From contig NMRA01000084.1 in NCBI GenBank assembly GCA_002633005.1, positions 234,320-298,319 of the forward strand: 64,000 nt of DNA. The letters are read 5' to 3'. Numbering within the stretch: the first letter of the stretch is position 1; every line of letters starts with the position of its first letter. Source of the DNA: Phoronis australis. Lineage: Eukaryota > Animalia > Phoronida. Position numbers and translations under genes: made by a program. Shown one piece after another: positions 11,016 to 22,382 of the stretch. The notes beneath the pieces were generated by a model. That model was not told where the DNA came from, ran no database searches, and was given only the letters and a program-made list of their open reading frames with translations.

Positions 11016-13113
11016 TGATACGCCGTTAAATGTAACTATTTCGCAAAATGTAAAATTTGCTACATTTTACGTTGCTAAGACTCTCCTGGTGTGACAACTA
11101 ATTGTTACATTTTACGTTGAATGCGCATGCGAGAAAAGTACCATTGTTACATTTCACGAAACCAACGTCATATCACAAAGTAAATGACTAAAATCATGGA
11201 CAAGTGGTAACTGACACGACCGCGGGTATTTAAATATTTGGGACGAGGGGTGCAACACGAAAATTTTGATTTTACCCGTCTAAAGAGTGCGTGTGGACAA
11301 AAACGTGACCCACTTGGAGACTAATTTGTGTAAAAATTCACATTTTCGCAGTTTTGTTACAAAAAATCAAAAAGCCACCATTTTAATAGTGTTTTGTCAA
11401 AAAATGCTCGTTTAGACGTGCGCCAAATTCAAAAAATCATTTTTAATTGATATTTTATCTTAAAAGACAATAGAAAGAGAAATCGCATTTCTTGTAGTCC
11501 GTGTGCTTCATAAAAACTTGGCGCGTACAACGGCGAGATTAGGCAGCCAGCTAGCTTGTCAAAATACAGCTACATGTAGGTACCACTGTATGTTGAGCTC
11601 TGACAGACCTCGAAATTGTACACAGCCCGGGTAGTTTTGCTCGTCACCTCCCTGTGAAAGAAATATTAACATCCGAGCTAAAGACCGACGGGGGTGCAAA
11701 ATCTGAGTGTCAACCGATACTCACCTTACCCGTTCCTACCGTTTGAGTGGAAAAACAGTCATTTTCTTGTCTAATTCTCCGACTTTTTCACCAAAGCAAT
11801 CTACATGTATGTCATCGTTTTTAAAAAGTACGCTCATGACACGAGCATGCGCCATTTATGGCCCCGAAGTTTTGCGACATCTCTCGGGAGATGATGACAG
11901 CTTCGCAGCAGCAAAATTTGTTCTGAAGTTCGGTTTGCTGGTATCAAAAACTTTAATAATGAAGTGAAACCAATTGCGATAATTTGTTGTGAAGTGTACG
12001 CAACCTCCCGAAAGAAGGTTTGATTGAAGAATCGGCGAAAAAAGAAACTGGCCAATATGTGACACCATAGGCATCAAGTATTAAGATATCTAGGCCTATG
12101 GGTGACACAATATTTCATGGCGACAATAGCCAACGGAGAAGCTCGTACGCCAATTCTAACAGCAGAATAACGGTAGAACGCCAGTTTTTCCATCAACGGT
12201 AAATAATTTAGTGTACTCAAGGAAGAGTGAAGTTTTTAATGACACTATTTTTGTGTCAAATTTTATCCGGTCACTTTTTTACCCACATTGGCGCAAATTA
12301 GCTGTACATGTATAGTAGTACACAGCTTTTGGCCAAGCCTACTTCGTCAATAGATTTTTACAACTAAGATGGCAGACAGAACCTGTCGGTATCACAAACT
12401 TTGATCTCGATTCTTTTTTGTGGAGCAAGGCAATTACCACTTTAGCGATAACTTCAAGGCAATAAAAACTGGCTGAAATGAATTAAACTATAGTGGACTA
12501 AAACGAGACAGTGAATTTAATATCAAATTGGCTTCCGATCGTGAAGAAATTTGTTGTTTTTTTCCCGAAGATATCATCGATAAATATTAGCCAATATACG
12601 TCATTGCTTCTGCTGGGCATATCAAGGGAAAATTATTGTGTTTACTGTAATACCGGATTCACAATTGGCTTTTGACCTGTGAGCGCCAACGGAAGATAGT
12701 AAGAACGCTTTAACAACAAACTTGCTACCTCATCTTGCCTTTCGCGTGGAGTTGAAACTGTATAGAGTACATCTTTGACCACGCCAAGAAACATGTATTC
12801 ATGTTTGAAAAAAGCACATAGGGAGTATCTGAAAATTCGAGCCGGCACATTTGCCAAGAGTTTTATTCAAACAATACGAGAAAGAAACCTTTAAGTGTGT
12901 GAACCGCTTTCCTCCGTGTGACAAATACCATTCAAACTCATGAAATACGACGTTGCTTTCGTAAAATGTAGCGATGGTAAATTTCTCGGATGCGATTTCG
13001 ACGCAAATCGTAAAGTGTAACAACTTGTTGCATTTTAGGAGAGGATTAGCAACGTAAAATTAACAGTGATGTGAAATGTAACAGTTGCTATATTTTATAC
13101 TGACGGCGTATCA
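11016..13113. mobile_element. Unclassified ~2.1-kb element with long imperfect terminal inverted repeats
   Basis: TGATACGCCGT at 11016 and its reverse complement ending at 13113. Inverted subterminal blocks TTTTACGTTGCTAA..CTCTCCT...TTGTTACA(T/C)TTTACG at 11065-11117 and ~13009-13060. Confidence 0.6.
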
Positions 13114-13906
13114 GCGCTACATGGATGTTGTATAATATGTGCCACGTGAATTATCGACAGTTCCAGAGTTGGCTACCTGGGTGGACAGAATTTGATTGGT
13201 CACCAAGAAAATTGGAAAACTCCTTACAAAGCCTGTTAAATAGACAAGCGTGACGCTTTTAGCGAATTATACTGCAACTAGTGGGAAAACACCCACCAAG
13301 GACCATAACGCCCAATTTGTGAAATAGGGGGGTAATAGTCTTCAGATTCCTGCTTTTATATTTCAAGATTGACGCCGGTGCGAAAGACGGGTCTTTGATC
13401 AATCTTTGGGAACCATCATTTTGAAAATTAAACAGAAATAGCACATGTCAGCCCATGCCAGCTAGGTCTCAGTGGTGACATGACAACTTTTCTTCACTGG
13501 CCATACATGTAGATGGCAGCACATAATGTTGACTCAAAGCCATGACATGCAGCTGAAACATTGTCGTCTGTTCCCGGGGTGCTCCCTTATTTTTGACGAT
13601 GAGATGCAACTTAAAAGTTCAAATACTAACCCTTTTAGACAAAGAACGTACGTAAACGGCTCATTCCCAGAGTGTCACCTCCCACATACCTGTTCTATTT
13701 TGCGCTTTTTATAGAAGTGCCCCCCATGTGTTAAATTCACTAATAAAATGGACAGGAAATTATTCAAATTCACAGTTACCTGTAACAAAACGTGTTATTT
13801 GTTGTGCTCTCTGGTATGAAAGTTTAAATCCCATGTCCGTTAGCCTCAGTTGGCCAGCTGCCATTGGTTTTGGTTCTTTTCGTGTTTTTTTTTGCCAGTA
13901 CACAAG

Positions 13907-14447
13907 TTACATCTTCACTGTCTCCATGCACATTGACACCTGATGTCTATGTAAATGTTGCATAAAGTTGGACGTTGACCCAGAACTGGGATATACGATG
14001 TCTTTGAAGCAAAGCTTACACCTTATTTTCTGAAAATCATTTGCACTGCCAAAGTATTTGCAGACTTTTTGAAATATTTTTTTCGGCAAATCGAAGAGTT
14101 TGTTGTCTGCCATGTTGTTGTGACTGCTGTGCAACACGACCAATGATTGGACGAGATTAGACTCTTTACGACAATGAAAACAGTCGCTCTGTACCTCTTA
14201 AGGAACAAAGCCAAAAGAGATCGCAATGCTGTCAAGGGAATAAGGGAGTTTGTTCACCAATAACAAGTGACAGATTTCGTAAAAACAATTAAAAACAGTT
14301 CTATAATTGAGATCTTGAATTACTTTCAAATGACAAGTAAATAAAATAAAATAAAATAACCAAATCTTCATGATCCGTGAATCGGTAATCGAATCGTAGC
14401 CAAAGAATAGCTATGCGATTATCGATTCGAAATCGTTGCATTCACTA
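13907..14447 (-). mobile_element. hAT transposon 5' relic with BED zinc finger
   Basis: ORF from the ATG at 14113 encodes VCKYF...IRCKLCFKDIVYPSSGSTSNFMQHLHRH, a BED finger (C2H2 with GSTSN). The element end on the minus strand, TAGTGAATGCAACGATTTCGAATCGATAATCG, resembles an hAT terminus. No catalytic domain seen. Confidence 0.7.
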
Positions 14448-14498
14448 CAAAGACTTCACCCACTGCACGACACCAGTAGAAATTTTTCTTGACAACAA

Positions 14499-14504
14499 TT
14501 TATT
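14499..14504 (-). terminator. Candidate distal polyadenylation signal of PBK (proximal candidate at 15206-15211)
   Basis: AATAAA on the minus strand followed by GU-rich sequence, ~970 nt past the stop codon. Confidence 0.35.
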
Positions 14505-15469
14505 ACGGTAGAAAGGTGTATCGAAGCCCATATTAATATTGCATGTAGCAACTCGTCAACCATCAAAGGGACACCTGGATACTGATAAAATAAGGTATAT
14601 CAGCATTAGGTAAACTAGCCCGAAGTTGTACTCATTGCAGCGCAGAACATCCATTCATCTTATGAAACCTTTTCAATCTTGGACAACGGAGGAAGTGTTG
14701 GAGACTTAAAAATCCTGGATGGTTAATGCCCAGTCCATGACTTGGACAGGATCAATAAAGTTCAGTAGTCACAACTCTATAATACTTACGATATTTTAAA
14801 GTTGAAAAAGGTCAGTTTTCGCGAGTGTTATCCTATTTCACCATGCTGATTAGAATTCGAGACCATCTAAGTAAAATTGTATATATTCGGTCTACAAGGC
14901 AAAACATTAGGTGCGTGTGTGTAGACTCAGACATCAATATTAATTGTTCAATATAATAATATTCTGCAACACATTGTAATGACATTGGATATAAATACAC
15001 AAATTCATAGAAAGCAAAATACAATATTTACACCATATACACCAACATAAACAAGCACATGTTGTTCGTGTAAAGAATATGCTGTTAATTAACGTGACTA
15101 CTGTTACGGTACACAAAATTTTTCTTATTCAATTTACCACTGACGACTGTAATGGTTTCATGCACACAAACTGGACTTTGATATTAATTACGGGCAGTGC
15201 CCGTTTTTATTTAAGATTTTGCAATTGATTTTGCATTGCCATGATAAATCGTATTTTAAGATTACAAGCACAAATTCTTAGAAACAGTTGTACACAGTCA
15301 TGCGCAGTTAACAGATGCTTCCACTTCCGGCCTGCCACAAAATTGTACAAAATCAAGAGTTCGATAACAACTTGGCATATTTGCCTTCCAGAGAAGTCTG
15401 AGCAGAAACAGATGGGTCCAGAAGAAGTGGCGGCAGAGACAGTCACAGAATTTGCATTGCACCAACAGT

Positions 15470-15635
15470 TTAGAAGTTCTCCTTCAGTGTTTCCAAAAAG
15501 CCTACAATCATCTTGGCAGAAGGTCGGTTGCTGGCTATCTCATCAGTACAGACGTAAAACAGTTCCAGAAGTTCTTTGTAAGATGAGTCATACTGTATAC
15601 CCTCCGGCAAAAGGGGCCGACTGCCAAGAAGTAAG
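15470..15635 (-). CDS. PBK: PBK/TOPK kinase, coding exon 6 (terminal)
   Basis: Phase-2 acceptor tttcaag| (an in-frame alternative cag| starts the exon at 15620). Encodes LLLGSRPLLPEGIQYDSSYKELLELFYVCTDEIASNRPSAKMIVGFLETLKENF*, similar to human PBK LGTRPP...[22 protein letters not shown]. Confidence 0.88.
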
Positions 15636-16149
15636 CTTGAAAATGAATGGAAAATGTCCATGCGAGTACAGTAACCTAACAATTCATATGGATTTTGTGA
15701 CACGAAATAACACTTCGTGAAACTAAATGACTTTGCGCAATTGCTGAAATTATTTTAAGAAAGCAAAGTCCATTATATAAGAGTTTTCACTTTGAAAAAT
15801 AGCCTTCGAGTTTCCGCAGTTAACATGAATACGCCGCATACCGAAAACCTTCAGACATCATAATTTCTTCCCAATGAAGAAAATCTGTTCAAACTTGAAT
15901 AAAACATTTCTGTGAAGAAGATATAACATAATTGTAAAATTTTCAGGATGAATGAGAAAACATTTGTACCAGTTTAGTATATGAATGAGAAAACACAATT
16001 TGATGAAAAGTATTAGAAATACCTAGCCTGTACTAATATTCCCGGGATTGTTCTACCAAAAGAACATCAGGTCGTGGCTGAGTCTGTCAAGCAACCCTAC
16101 ACATGCAATACATACATGTGCAGACGAATCACCATGGCAACACCCATAC

Positions 16150-16285
16150 CTGTGTTCAGCCTCAGCAAATGAATCTTCCTCATCACTGTCCTCAAGTAAT
16201 GGGGGCATATGGGGGATGTTCAGAGTCAACATCTCGTACAGCATACAACCATAAGCATAGATGTCAGCACGATCTGTTATGAGCC
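16150..16285 (-). CDS. PBK: PBK/TOPK kinase, coding exon 5
   Basis: Boundaries ttgcag| and |gtatgg. Encodes LITDRADIYAYGCMLYEMLTLNIPHMPPLLEDSDEEDSFAEAEH (subdomain IX plus the PBK acidic patch). Confidence 0.93.
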
Positions 16286-17254
16286 CTGCAATGGAAGAAC
16301 TGAGGTTAGAACTAGTGATCCACGTCAACAGTACACAAAGGCAAAATACGGCCAACTTGAAAACCAACCCTTCGCATGTGGTCACACTGGTTTCTGTGAT
16401 CCGATGCACATTACAACTTTACCATCTCAACTGTATCAAGTATTCTGTTGCTAATGTGGGGACAGCGTTGCTTGCATGCACTAAGCGCGGAATTCCTCTC
16501 TGGGTATGGTTGACTCATGTTACAAACCAGACTTGTCTGCCAGAAAAGAAACACAGTTTCTACTTATTTTTGTGTTTCCATTGGCCGAATCTGTCGACGA
16601 GGAACATCCAGAATTTGTTTTTGGAGCATCAAAACTGGCCCAGAAATAATGAAGTTACAACTTATGCTAGCTTTAAAACTGAGACTGTCCAAAAACACAT
16701 AGCTCACAAAAATCCGCTTCTCTGGATAAATTGAGGAGGTCTGAAGGAAATCATTAGTGGACCACCTTACCTAACCTGTCTGCTGACAATTTATGTTCTA
16801 CACATTTCAAGTATTTTACCTAAAATGTTACCATCGAGGAATAAAGACACCAACAATTAACATCAAAGCACATCTTCTAATGGGACATTATCGACGGGAG
16901 AGATTTTCTAAGATCATCGCCGAGGTGCGGCATCAAATTCACTATCTCCACAGTCGCAATACAATACTTTGCTGTCAGAGCTGGACCTAACTTGTTAAAA
17001 GACATAGTGTTTATCTGATGCAGTCAGAAGCCTTGATTGCAGCCAATGTCTAGCAGCCAACGGTGAACATTGGCAATTTCTAACAAAAAAGACAAAAGCA
17101 TAATGGAATTTGTTGTTCAGTTCAATTCACACTTTCCAGCCACCGACCAGATGATGTAAATGGCAAGTGATCGAATCAAATTTTTATTTGTCGTACTGTT
17201 GACTTTCTAAAACCACTCTGAGGTGGTGGCTTGTTACTATTACTAAAATCTCTT

Positions 17255-17327
17255 GGTCTATTTGAACCCACGACTTCTGAAACTACAGATAATTCGAGTC
17301 CAGCACCTTAACCACTACACCACGGAG
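17255..17327 (-). mobile_element. tRNA-derived SINE head
   Basis: The minus strand has GTGGTGTAGTGGTTAAGGTGCTGGACTC (A-box) and GTCGTGGGTTCAAAT (B-box). Similar to the head at 8-68. Confidence 0.55.
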
Positions 17328-18065
17328 TCATCTGATGCCAAATAATGATCCCATTCCACTAAGAAAAATGTTCAAAGGAGCATGCCACCCAAAAAAACAA
17401 CCCATTTTGTATCAATTTAGATCGAGTAGTTCTACTCGTTCAACGGCACGTTCCGTTGCTTTACCTGACACCTGACGGGAGATAGAGGTGTTGAAATTAT
17501 CCAATGACGTAATTGGTTTCACACGCAGTCTGTCCAGCACTTCACAACACGGGTTACTGGTGTCAGGTTATCGCTTGAATTCATCGTTTAACACCAATAA
17601 ATCATCAAACTTCGATGTAAAACCCTTAAAAATACACCAAGTTCTTATAAAAATGCGTTGTTTTATTTCGTTATTACGGATTTATTGGTATTTGGACACA
17701 CCGTAGCCTACAAAGTTCGGCAGACCAATTTGGAGTTTGGGGTTGGTTCGGAGATAAATTCGAAGTTTTCTTCAGTGAAATACAGACAGGAGAACCTAGA
17801 ACTGTGTTGTTTAAACTTATGATTTTTTGAGTTCTAAACACACAAAACGCCTGTTATCCCGACTAGTGGCTCAGAACCCGATCAGGCCCGTCGCAGCCGG
17901 ACTGACTCGTTATCCCGGCCAGTGGCTCGGAACAAGATCAGGCCCGTCGCGGCCGCCGGGACTGGCACGAACATAAACCAGCTTGAGTTTTTAACTAAAC
18001 CTCCAGTCAGGAAAAGACTGTAATAGTGAGCCAAAGAAATAATGGAAATTACTGCCACAAAACTG

Positions 18066-19542
18066 ACAAGAGCAACGCAGAGCGTTGAAATGCGCCCACA
18101 ATTGCACCGTATACGGGTTGTTTATTGGTACCATAAAGTGGCCACTAGAGGGCATATATGTAGTATGTTGTACTTTGCAAAATGGAAAGGCATGGTCATT
18201 GTCTCCTCAATAGGCTAGGGGCAAAATGTGAGTGATCTTCATAATACAAGCACATCCTAGACATCAGTTGCTTAAAGCACCACAGAAATAAAGAATTAAA
18301 AACAAATTTACCAACATACGAGATTAGCACAGCATTAGAATGCCAGAAACAAATTTCTACTCGGAACTTTTCCTTCATAGTCACGAAGAAACACAAAGTA
18401 TACACCTGAAGACCTATGAAAATACAGAGGTCAATGTAAAATACTAAAATTGCCACTAGAGGCATACCGGTAGTCAGAATCATCCTAAAGTTGTCATGGT
18501 CCGTTGCCAACATCACATAAATACACTTACTAAATTTAGTAAAGATCCTGCAAACGGTTTGGGAGTTACAGCCATGGGTGCAAAAAAACTGCCACTAGGA
18601 GGCGCCACAGTAATCAAAGTCATGGGAAATTCAGCGTCAACCGTCCTCTTCATAGTCAGAACGTATGCCAATTTTCACAATTATACTTATAGCGGTTTAG
18701 TTGATAGAGGGGTGGATGCCAAAAAACAGACTCAAAAACAGGAAAAATGGCCACTGGGTGTCGCAAACTAGGTCAAATCCATCCGAAAACGGGAGGATAG
18801 CGTCATCGCACTAATAGGTGCCTACATACCAAATTTCATGAAAATCCGTTCAGGACTTGTGAAGATACAGAGGTAAACGTAAACAAATAAAATTGCCACT
18901 AGGGGGCACACTGGTAGGCGGATCCGTCCAAAAGTCGTCATTGCCTGTTGTTAACATAATATGAATATACTTATTAAATTTCGTAAAGATCCTGCGAACG
19001 GTTTAGGAGATACAGCCATAGGCGCAAAAAATAAAACTGCCACTAGGAGGCGCCACAGTAGTCGAAATCGTCGGAAAATCATCGTCAATCGTCCTCTACA
19101 TAGTAAGCATATACATGCCAATTTTCACAATCATCCTTTGAGAGGTTTGGTTGATAGAGGGGTGGACGCACAAAAACAGACTCGAAAACACTAAAAATGG
19201 CCACTAGGTGGCGCAAACTATGTCGAATCCATCTGAAAACGGGAGGATAGCGTCATCTCACTAATAGGTGCCTACTTACCAAATTTCATGAAAATCCGTT
19301 CAGGACTTTTGAAGATACAAAGGTAAGCGTAAAAAACTAAAATTGCCACTAGGGGGCACACCGGTAGTCTGATCCGTCCGAAAGTTCGCACATGCCGTCC
19401 CATTCATGAATGGAACATATGTGCCAAATTTCATGACTGTATATCAAAGGGTTTTGGAGATAAAGCAGCGGACGCCGCCCGGACAGACGGACGGAGATGG
19501 CGGCATAATGCGTCCACATATAAATATGTGGGCGCATAAAAA
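18066..19542 (-). mobile_element. Helentron-associated/DINE-1-like element, family H2, long copy with an internal ~450-bp tandem duplication
   Basis: Minus-strand 5' end: TTTTTATGCGCCCACA..TGTGGACGCAT hairpin, then a (CCGT)n microsatellite. 3' end: TGTGGGCGCAT + stem-loop CAACGC-TCT-GCGTTG + CTCTTGT. The unit AATTGCCACTAG recurs at 18448, 18891 and 19341. Confidence 0.8.
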
Positions 19543-20129
19543 TCTACTTACTTCAGTTGTCGGGGGCCATTAAGTCGGAATCCCCTTCCACAGACCATCA
19601 GGGCAAAGGTTGTACAGTAACTATGACTTCAATAACGTATTTGTATTTCTAAGTAAAGATTCCCCTAACATGTGACCATAGCATATAAAATCGAGTAATT
19701 AACTATTTCACAACAGCAAACACTGAATTAGCATGCGTTCACACGGCCTCAGTGCCTGGTCAGTTACCTTTATTGCTGGTATCAAAAGCCCATAACGCAG
19801 TTGTTTATTCATTGCTAGCTTCTCAACATTTGCACTCACGAATACTGCAAAGGCATTACACATTGTATCTAATGAGACAGACTTTTATTCAGTTTTATAT
19901 AAGCATTGGTTAGGATGAGAATAATTCATTTTGAAACAGAACGCAAAATAATACTAACATCTTCATGGCCACTCGCCTGGCGCCAATCCCGACTTAGTCA
20001 AGAGCTCATCTGACGAAGACTTCACGGATCGGATCGGAAGGTTTCACAGCCTATCAGTTCGAACCGGAATACACTGATCAAGAAATACTAGAGAGGTGAC
20101 GTGAACATGCACAGGCAACGGAACGTATG

Positions 20130-20364
20130 GATAGTTCTTTGGTAAGCCGGAATTCGTCAGAGAAGTCACTGTCGACGAAATGCCAGCCACAGACACGGAG
20201 ATGTTTCATGGCCTCATACTTGCTATTAACAGCGTACCTTTCATTCTTCACTACCACGAGTCATTTCCTAAGCATTTTGGGCTCTCGAGGAAGTCGAAAA
20301 ATGACATACCCACTTTCTTCACAGCTTCATAGTTCGTTCAAGCGGGAACGATGCACCACGACAC
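20130..20364 (-). pseudogene. Decayed THAP domain of the Kolobok-like element
   Basis: Reads SWCIVPA*TN...(frameshift)...FRLPREPKMLRK*LVVVKNERY...KHLRVCGWHFVDSDF. Stops fall at the positions of the conserved second Cys and the Trp. Confidence 0.7.
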
Positions 20365-20720
20365 AGCAGCATTCACTCTGAAGACGAACCACTGATGTCG
20401 CTGGGTCGTTTCTCACCTTCCTCACAGGTTAACGCGACACCTCTCGGCAAGGTGAGGTCGACCGTATAAGAGGCAATGTGTATATAGACCGATTAAGACG
20501 GTAAAAAAAGACTAATTAAATCGGGTGGCATTCTCCTTTAAGAATCACACAAAATTCCCTTCAATGGATCGAAAAATTCCCCTCAAGGTTAGAATCACTT
20601 CTCCAAAAGTAATGGAACTGAGTGCCTTGGTTGTAATGCATGGTGATTGGCCGCAAACTCGCGTAATCTCACCAAACTTGTGAATACAACTTTCAATGAA
20701 TGCAGCACAGAACTACTCAC

Positions 20721-20952
20721 CTCCCTCCTCGAGAGCCTCAGCTGGTGACCAAGACTCTGTGCCTACATAGCACTGATCAGGGCTCCTCGGGCCGTCCAGC
20801 GAGTCATTGAGACGGACAGTCACGCCAAAGTCACACAACTTGACCTGGTCAAAGTCCCCTTTGACCAGAACATTGTGACTCTTGATGTCCCCATGTAACA
20901 GCTTCATATTGTTATGAAGAAAGTGTAAACCCTTGCCAACTTCGTGAGCCAC
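20721..20952 (-). CDS. PBK: PBK/TOPK kinase, coding exon 4 (catalytic loop and activation segment)
   Basis: Boundaries cccag| and |gtgagt. Encodes VAHEVGKGLHFLHNNMKLLHGDIKSHNVLVKGDFDQVKLCDFGVTVRLNDSL...YVGTESWSPAEALEEG. LLHGDIKSxNVxxKGDF is characteristic of PBK. Confidence 0.96.
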
Positions 20953-21722
20953 CTGGGTAACAAAGTTAAGAATTGCTTAAAGACACTCCACTTTGCAAAT
21001 GGCCAAGCACGTGATTTGGAGGTTGGAGGATCTGAAAACCAAGGGAACTTATGCTGGTGCATGTATTTCTTTATTAAGAGTATACTTCCATTATCAGTTT
21101 CAAAGTAAGAGGTTGGTCTTGGAAAGACTGATTTAATGTCTAAATCTGCATAATAGATGTATGTGTTACCCACAGAAATTTAGGAAAAAAATTGGTGTGC
21201 CATGGTCTAGACAGTTTTATTGTTCTGTTGGCTTGGAAAGAGAAAAATTTTTGGGATCAAATGAAAGAATGAATCACATTGAACTATCTGGTCACATGAA
21301 TGACTGACCTTTCCCAAGAAAGATATTCTAATTCAGATCAATGACAATAGAGGGCATTACAAAGCATGAATCGCATTGAGTGAAATATGGCACACTAAGA
21401 TATGCAGTCAGTCACAATTCAGTTAATGAACGTTTTGGATCAAAACTCAATTATATTGAGGATTAGTAAAAACACAAAACCAAATCAAAGCTGATTACTG
21501 TCTCTAAGAGGTCAAAAAAGCAAAAGAGTTGGTTCTGGTTGCTACAACTCATTTTGAGACCTGAGCTCACCGATTAAAAAATATAACAAAAAAACCAGCC
21601 CGCATCATTGTATTTTTTCAAAAAGCTACACAAAAGAGCTTAAGAAAGTGCAACCAAGGTTTGAAACACCACGGTTGGTCAGGTGAGGAATTTTGGTGGT
21701 TTCATTTTTTGAAAAAGTAAGC

Positions 21723-22128
21723 AAACAAGAGCAACGCGGAGCGTTGAAATGCGCCCACAATTGCACCGCATACGGTATCCTTCTAGGGTTGTTTATTGGT
21801 ACCATAAAGTGGCCAGTAGAGGGCGTACTTTGCAAAATGGAAAGGCATGGTCATTGTCTCCTCAATAGGCTAGGGGCAAAATGTGAGTAATCTTCATAAT
21901 ACAAGCACATCNGGGGCACACCGGTAGTCGGATCCGTCCGAAAGTTCGCACATGCCGTCCCATTCATGAATGGAACATATGTGCCAAATTTCATGAACGT
22001 ATGTCAAAGGGTTTTGGAGATAGAGCAGCGGACGCCGGACGCCGGACGGACGCCGCCCGGACAGACGGACGGACGGACAGAGATGACGGCATAATGCGTC
22101 CACATATAAATATGTGGGCGCATAATAA
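21723..22128 (-). mobile_element. Family H2 element, second copy (interior collapsed at the N at 21912)
   Basis: Both ends are near-identical to 18066-18258 and 19350-19540, joined by a single N. Confidence 0.8.
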
Positions 22129-22264
22129 AAATAATGCACCACCGGCGTGATTTTAAAAGACAGATGGACCAGAAACAAATATTTTTTTGCCAATAGTTAT
22201 CCTTTTCAAAACCTCTTTTAATCAAACCTAGATAGCTCTCCTACATGACTACTGTAGTACAGAC

Positions 22265-22382
22265 CTTCAGAATGTACTTAGCATCAAATGGTCCTTCCCC
22301 CAAGTCCAGTCTTTCCTCAATAATGTCAAACAATGACCGCTCTCCACTTTCCATACAGAGGCACAGGCTACCATCTTGGCTC
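22265..22382 (-). CDS. PBK: PBK/TOPK kinase, coding exon 3
   Basis: Boundaries ttaccag| and |gtctgt, 118 bp, phases fit both neighbours. Encodes SQDGSLCLCMESGERSLFDIIEERLDLGEGPFDAKYILK (human [23 protein letters not shown]). Confidence 0.92.

Larger units (their letters stand above)
17376..20537 (-). mobile_element. Kolobok-like DNA transposon relic in a PBK intron
   Basis: TIRs AGGAG(C/A)ATGCCACCC, flanked by TCAA (left, degenerate) and TTAA (right, 20538-20541). Contains a decayed THAP domain and a nested Helentron-type element. TTAA duplication, an RR terminus and THAP are Kolobok characteristics. Confidence 0.7.

Noticed and set aside
15241-15720. 159-aa ORF here and 157-aa ORF at 16261-16734 on the + strand
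   Set aside because: They overlap PBK exons in antisense and show no recognisable domain.
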